The notes under the pieces are model-generated. The model saw nothing but the letters and a program-made list of their open reading frames with translations, was not told the DNA's origin and did not search any database. The position numbers and the translations under genes are program-made. Shown here one piece after another: positions 61,601-64,000 of a stretch of DNA of 64,000 bases. Source of the stretch: Rhynchobatus australiae (lineage: Eukaryota); the NCBI GenBank assembly GCA_034780895.1, contig JAUZTB010000118.1, forward strand, positions 69,819,669 through 69,883,668, read 5' to 3'. Every line of letters begins with the position of its first letter. The first letter of the stretch is position 1.

Positions 61601-63599
61601 ATTGAGGCGATATAAAATGAAAATTTCATGACAGAGATTGATCAATGTTTGTTGCATAAGGGAGCAAGGATCTGGAAGCAGGATGGATAAATGCACTTCA
61701 GGTATAACCATGTTTTAACTGAATGACCAGATGAGCTACTCCTGTTTCTATGTTATAGCACCTCTTGAATTTTAATTTTAGATATAAATCAGTTTTACAT
61801 GTTTCATAGTTTTTTTTATATATGTGGAATGAATTCAATATCCAGAGCATTGTTTTGTATCTCATTGTAGACTCAGACCAACAGTTGTTTGAACTAATCC
61901 ATTGGAATAACCTTGCATTTTACCATTTGTCATTTTAAATTACTATTTCCAAATTGGTTATCAGGGCAATTAAGATCATTGCACTTGTTTACTTGTTGAT
62001 TAGATTTTATTGAAAAATCTGGTGACATTTTCATGTGGTCATTTCATAAAGATTTTATATAAACAGAAATTTGATTAGTGACATGTACAGCTTATATGGG
62101 TGTGAATCTGAACAGATGTACCTCCTATAGTTATGAGAACATAATTCTCCAAAGCAAGTCTATGCTACAGTGAATGTTCCCATTAAATATAAAATGAAAT
62201 CAACATCAAAAGTTCCACCAGTCTTCTAATGGTGCCATATTTAAGGATAGAATGTATCAGCAATTTTCAAAGTATCTTTTATAAAGGGAATTAATCAATG
62301 TAAGAAAGACTGCCAAAATATTTAATATTTGCTCTACCATATCACGTGATTCTGTACACAAAGATGTTGCATGACACAATGAGCACTGGAGACTAAGCAA
62401 GCATGTAAAATTGTTCTCTTTCAAACTGTAATTAGTTCTTCCATTACATTTTTCCATGAGACAATGATAAAATGTTATTCAATATAAAGACTGAAAACAT
62501 ATGTATTTCATTTCATCTAATGATGGTGTATTAACCATAAATTATCTCTGTAGGAAATATATTTCTTAGCATAAATACCTCTGACAGTGTAAGCAGCTGG
62601 TGCGTGTTCCTAAAGAAAATGGCCCTTAATTAAACTTGCCCATTCCCAAGAGGATGTGCCTGAGACTCGCCATAACGACCACAGATAAATATGACCCTGT
62701 TGTAGGTAATATCATTATATCTTCATTATTGCAAAACCATTCATTTCAATTGCAACCTAGAGACTTGCTATGTTGCTTTACATCACTTTGCAACTGCATA
62801 ATTCAAAGGTGTCAGCGAGCTGTGTGAGAGTCCAGTGTTGGGACTGCAAATTCAGACAGTCTGAATGGGGCTTGCCTGGAGATAATGCATAGTGCTTATG
62901 AGGATAGTCTTTAATATGTATTAAAATTGGTAATGTAGCCACTGAGTATTCTGTTGAATGTTATTTGTATAGGTCAGATATTAAATAAGTGCAGCAGTTG
63001 AGCTTTGTGTAAGGAGACACTCAATTGTGCTGTGGATGTTTGTCAAATTACTAGTTAGTTGACAATCTAATTGCTCAAGCACTTCTCTCACAATGATTTT
63101 AAAATGCAGTAGATTCAGATAATGGTGCTGCATCACTTTCTCCCTTTCTTAAAAAGAAACCAAACCAACTCATTTGTTATAACTGAGACAGCCTGGCAAA
63201 ATGATCCATCTGGAATTACTTTACTATCCTCACTTCAGTGAACTTCAAATGGGAAAAACAGCCATAGAGTAATAATATGAGTTGCTGTCCACCATGTTTA
63301 GTGGAAATAACAAAATGCAAGTTGCATCTGTAAGGATCATTCCTTATTATGGACATGGTCAATAATAATCAGCTGTAGAAATCAATAAGGAAAGCAGGAA
63401 GAGAATTGTTGTTCATCCAAAAGCCTGAATTCGTTCACAGTATCTGTGTTTCCAAGTGATTAGCCATTTTATTTGTCAGTTATTTGCATAATCACAGAAA
63501 CTAAAACTGATTTTTTTACAAGAGTTTTCATTACACTATCCCCAATACTCCAAAATCCAGGGAAAATAGGACTGCATGATCTGGTCTGGAGGCTGCTGT

Positions 63600-63830
63600 A
63601 GTTTTTGCATGTTGTTTGTGCACAGGGATTCACAGCTGAGCTTGATGTATATTTAAGATGACATCTACACATGTGGACAGACGAATGAATCATAAACAGA
63701 AGGGAAAATCCTGGCAAGGTCTCTCCCTTCTCCCGAACAAGAGCACTTGGAACCTTTCCTATCACCCTGCCAGCTAACTAAACATGGACAAGGGATCCAC
63801 AGAACCTTCTTATCAGCATTGCTGGACAAC
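63600..63830 (-). mobile_element. Ancient SINE remnant (AmnSINE2-like)
   Basis: 'cagctaactaaacatggacaagggatc..aaccttc' resembles the reverse of the 715-760 motif. Confidence 0.3.
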
Positions 63831-64000
63831 ATATATGCTTTACCTGAGATACATTCAGCCTATGTCCACATTTCTCATATTATTAATCATGGGTAATTTT
63901 GATGCTGGACCTCAAATCATTAGTTCATTTATCTTTGAACTTTTCTGTGTACAACTTCAGGGCTAATTTCAAAAATATAGTAAATATAGTAATTCAATAA

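Noticed and set aside
1-64000. CRISPR arrays, operons, rRNA or prokaryotic defence systems
   Set aside because: The DNA is vertebrate and repeat-rich, with no regularly spaced repeat-spacer array, gene-dense ORFs or rRNA-like sequence.

Overview
Vertebrate, AT-rich, CpG-depleted genomic DNA from a gapped scaffold. It is most likely a cartilaginous fish (ray/sawfish-like); this is inferred from recalled repeat families, not from a search. No complete host gene is visible. The window is mostly intronic/intergenic sequence filled with decayed mobile elements: Penelope-like elements (RT + GIY-YIG), CR1, L2, RTE, Rex1/Babar and Tx1 LINE fragments, V-domain and Deu-domain tRNA-derived SINEs, Harbinger remnants and a Gypsy-type solo LTR. 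Between them lie unique blocks that look like conserved non-coding elements. Most notable: (1) a series of 80-230 bp hairpin-shaped, TSD-flanked mini-elements built from inverted Penelope termini, some carrying a decayed minimal hammerhead ribozyme in the loop; (2) an ~88-bp piece of local flank copied into a Penelope element; (3) a twin-priming-type 5' inversion in an RTE; (4) V-SINEs with two different LINE tails; (5) tentative minus-strand exons (a signal-peptide exon plus a 17-nt micro-exon, and an orphan 90-codon terminal exon). Family names come from recalled motifs and most boundaries are approximate.
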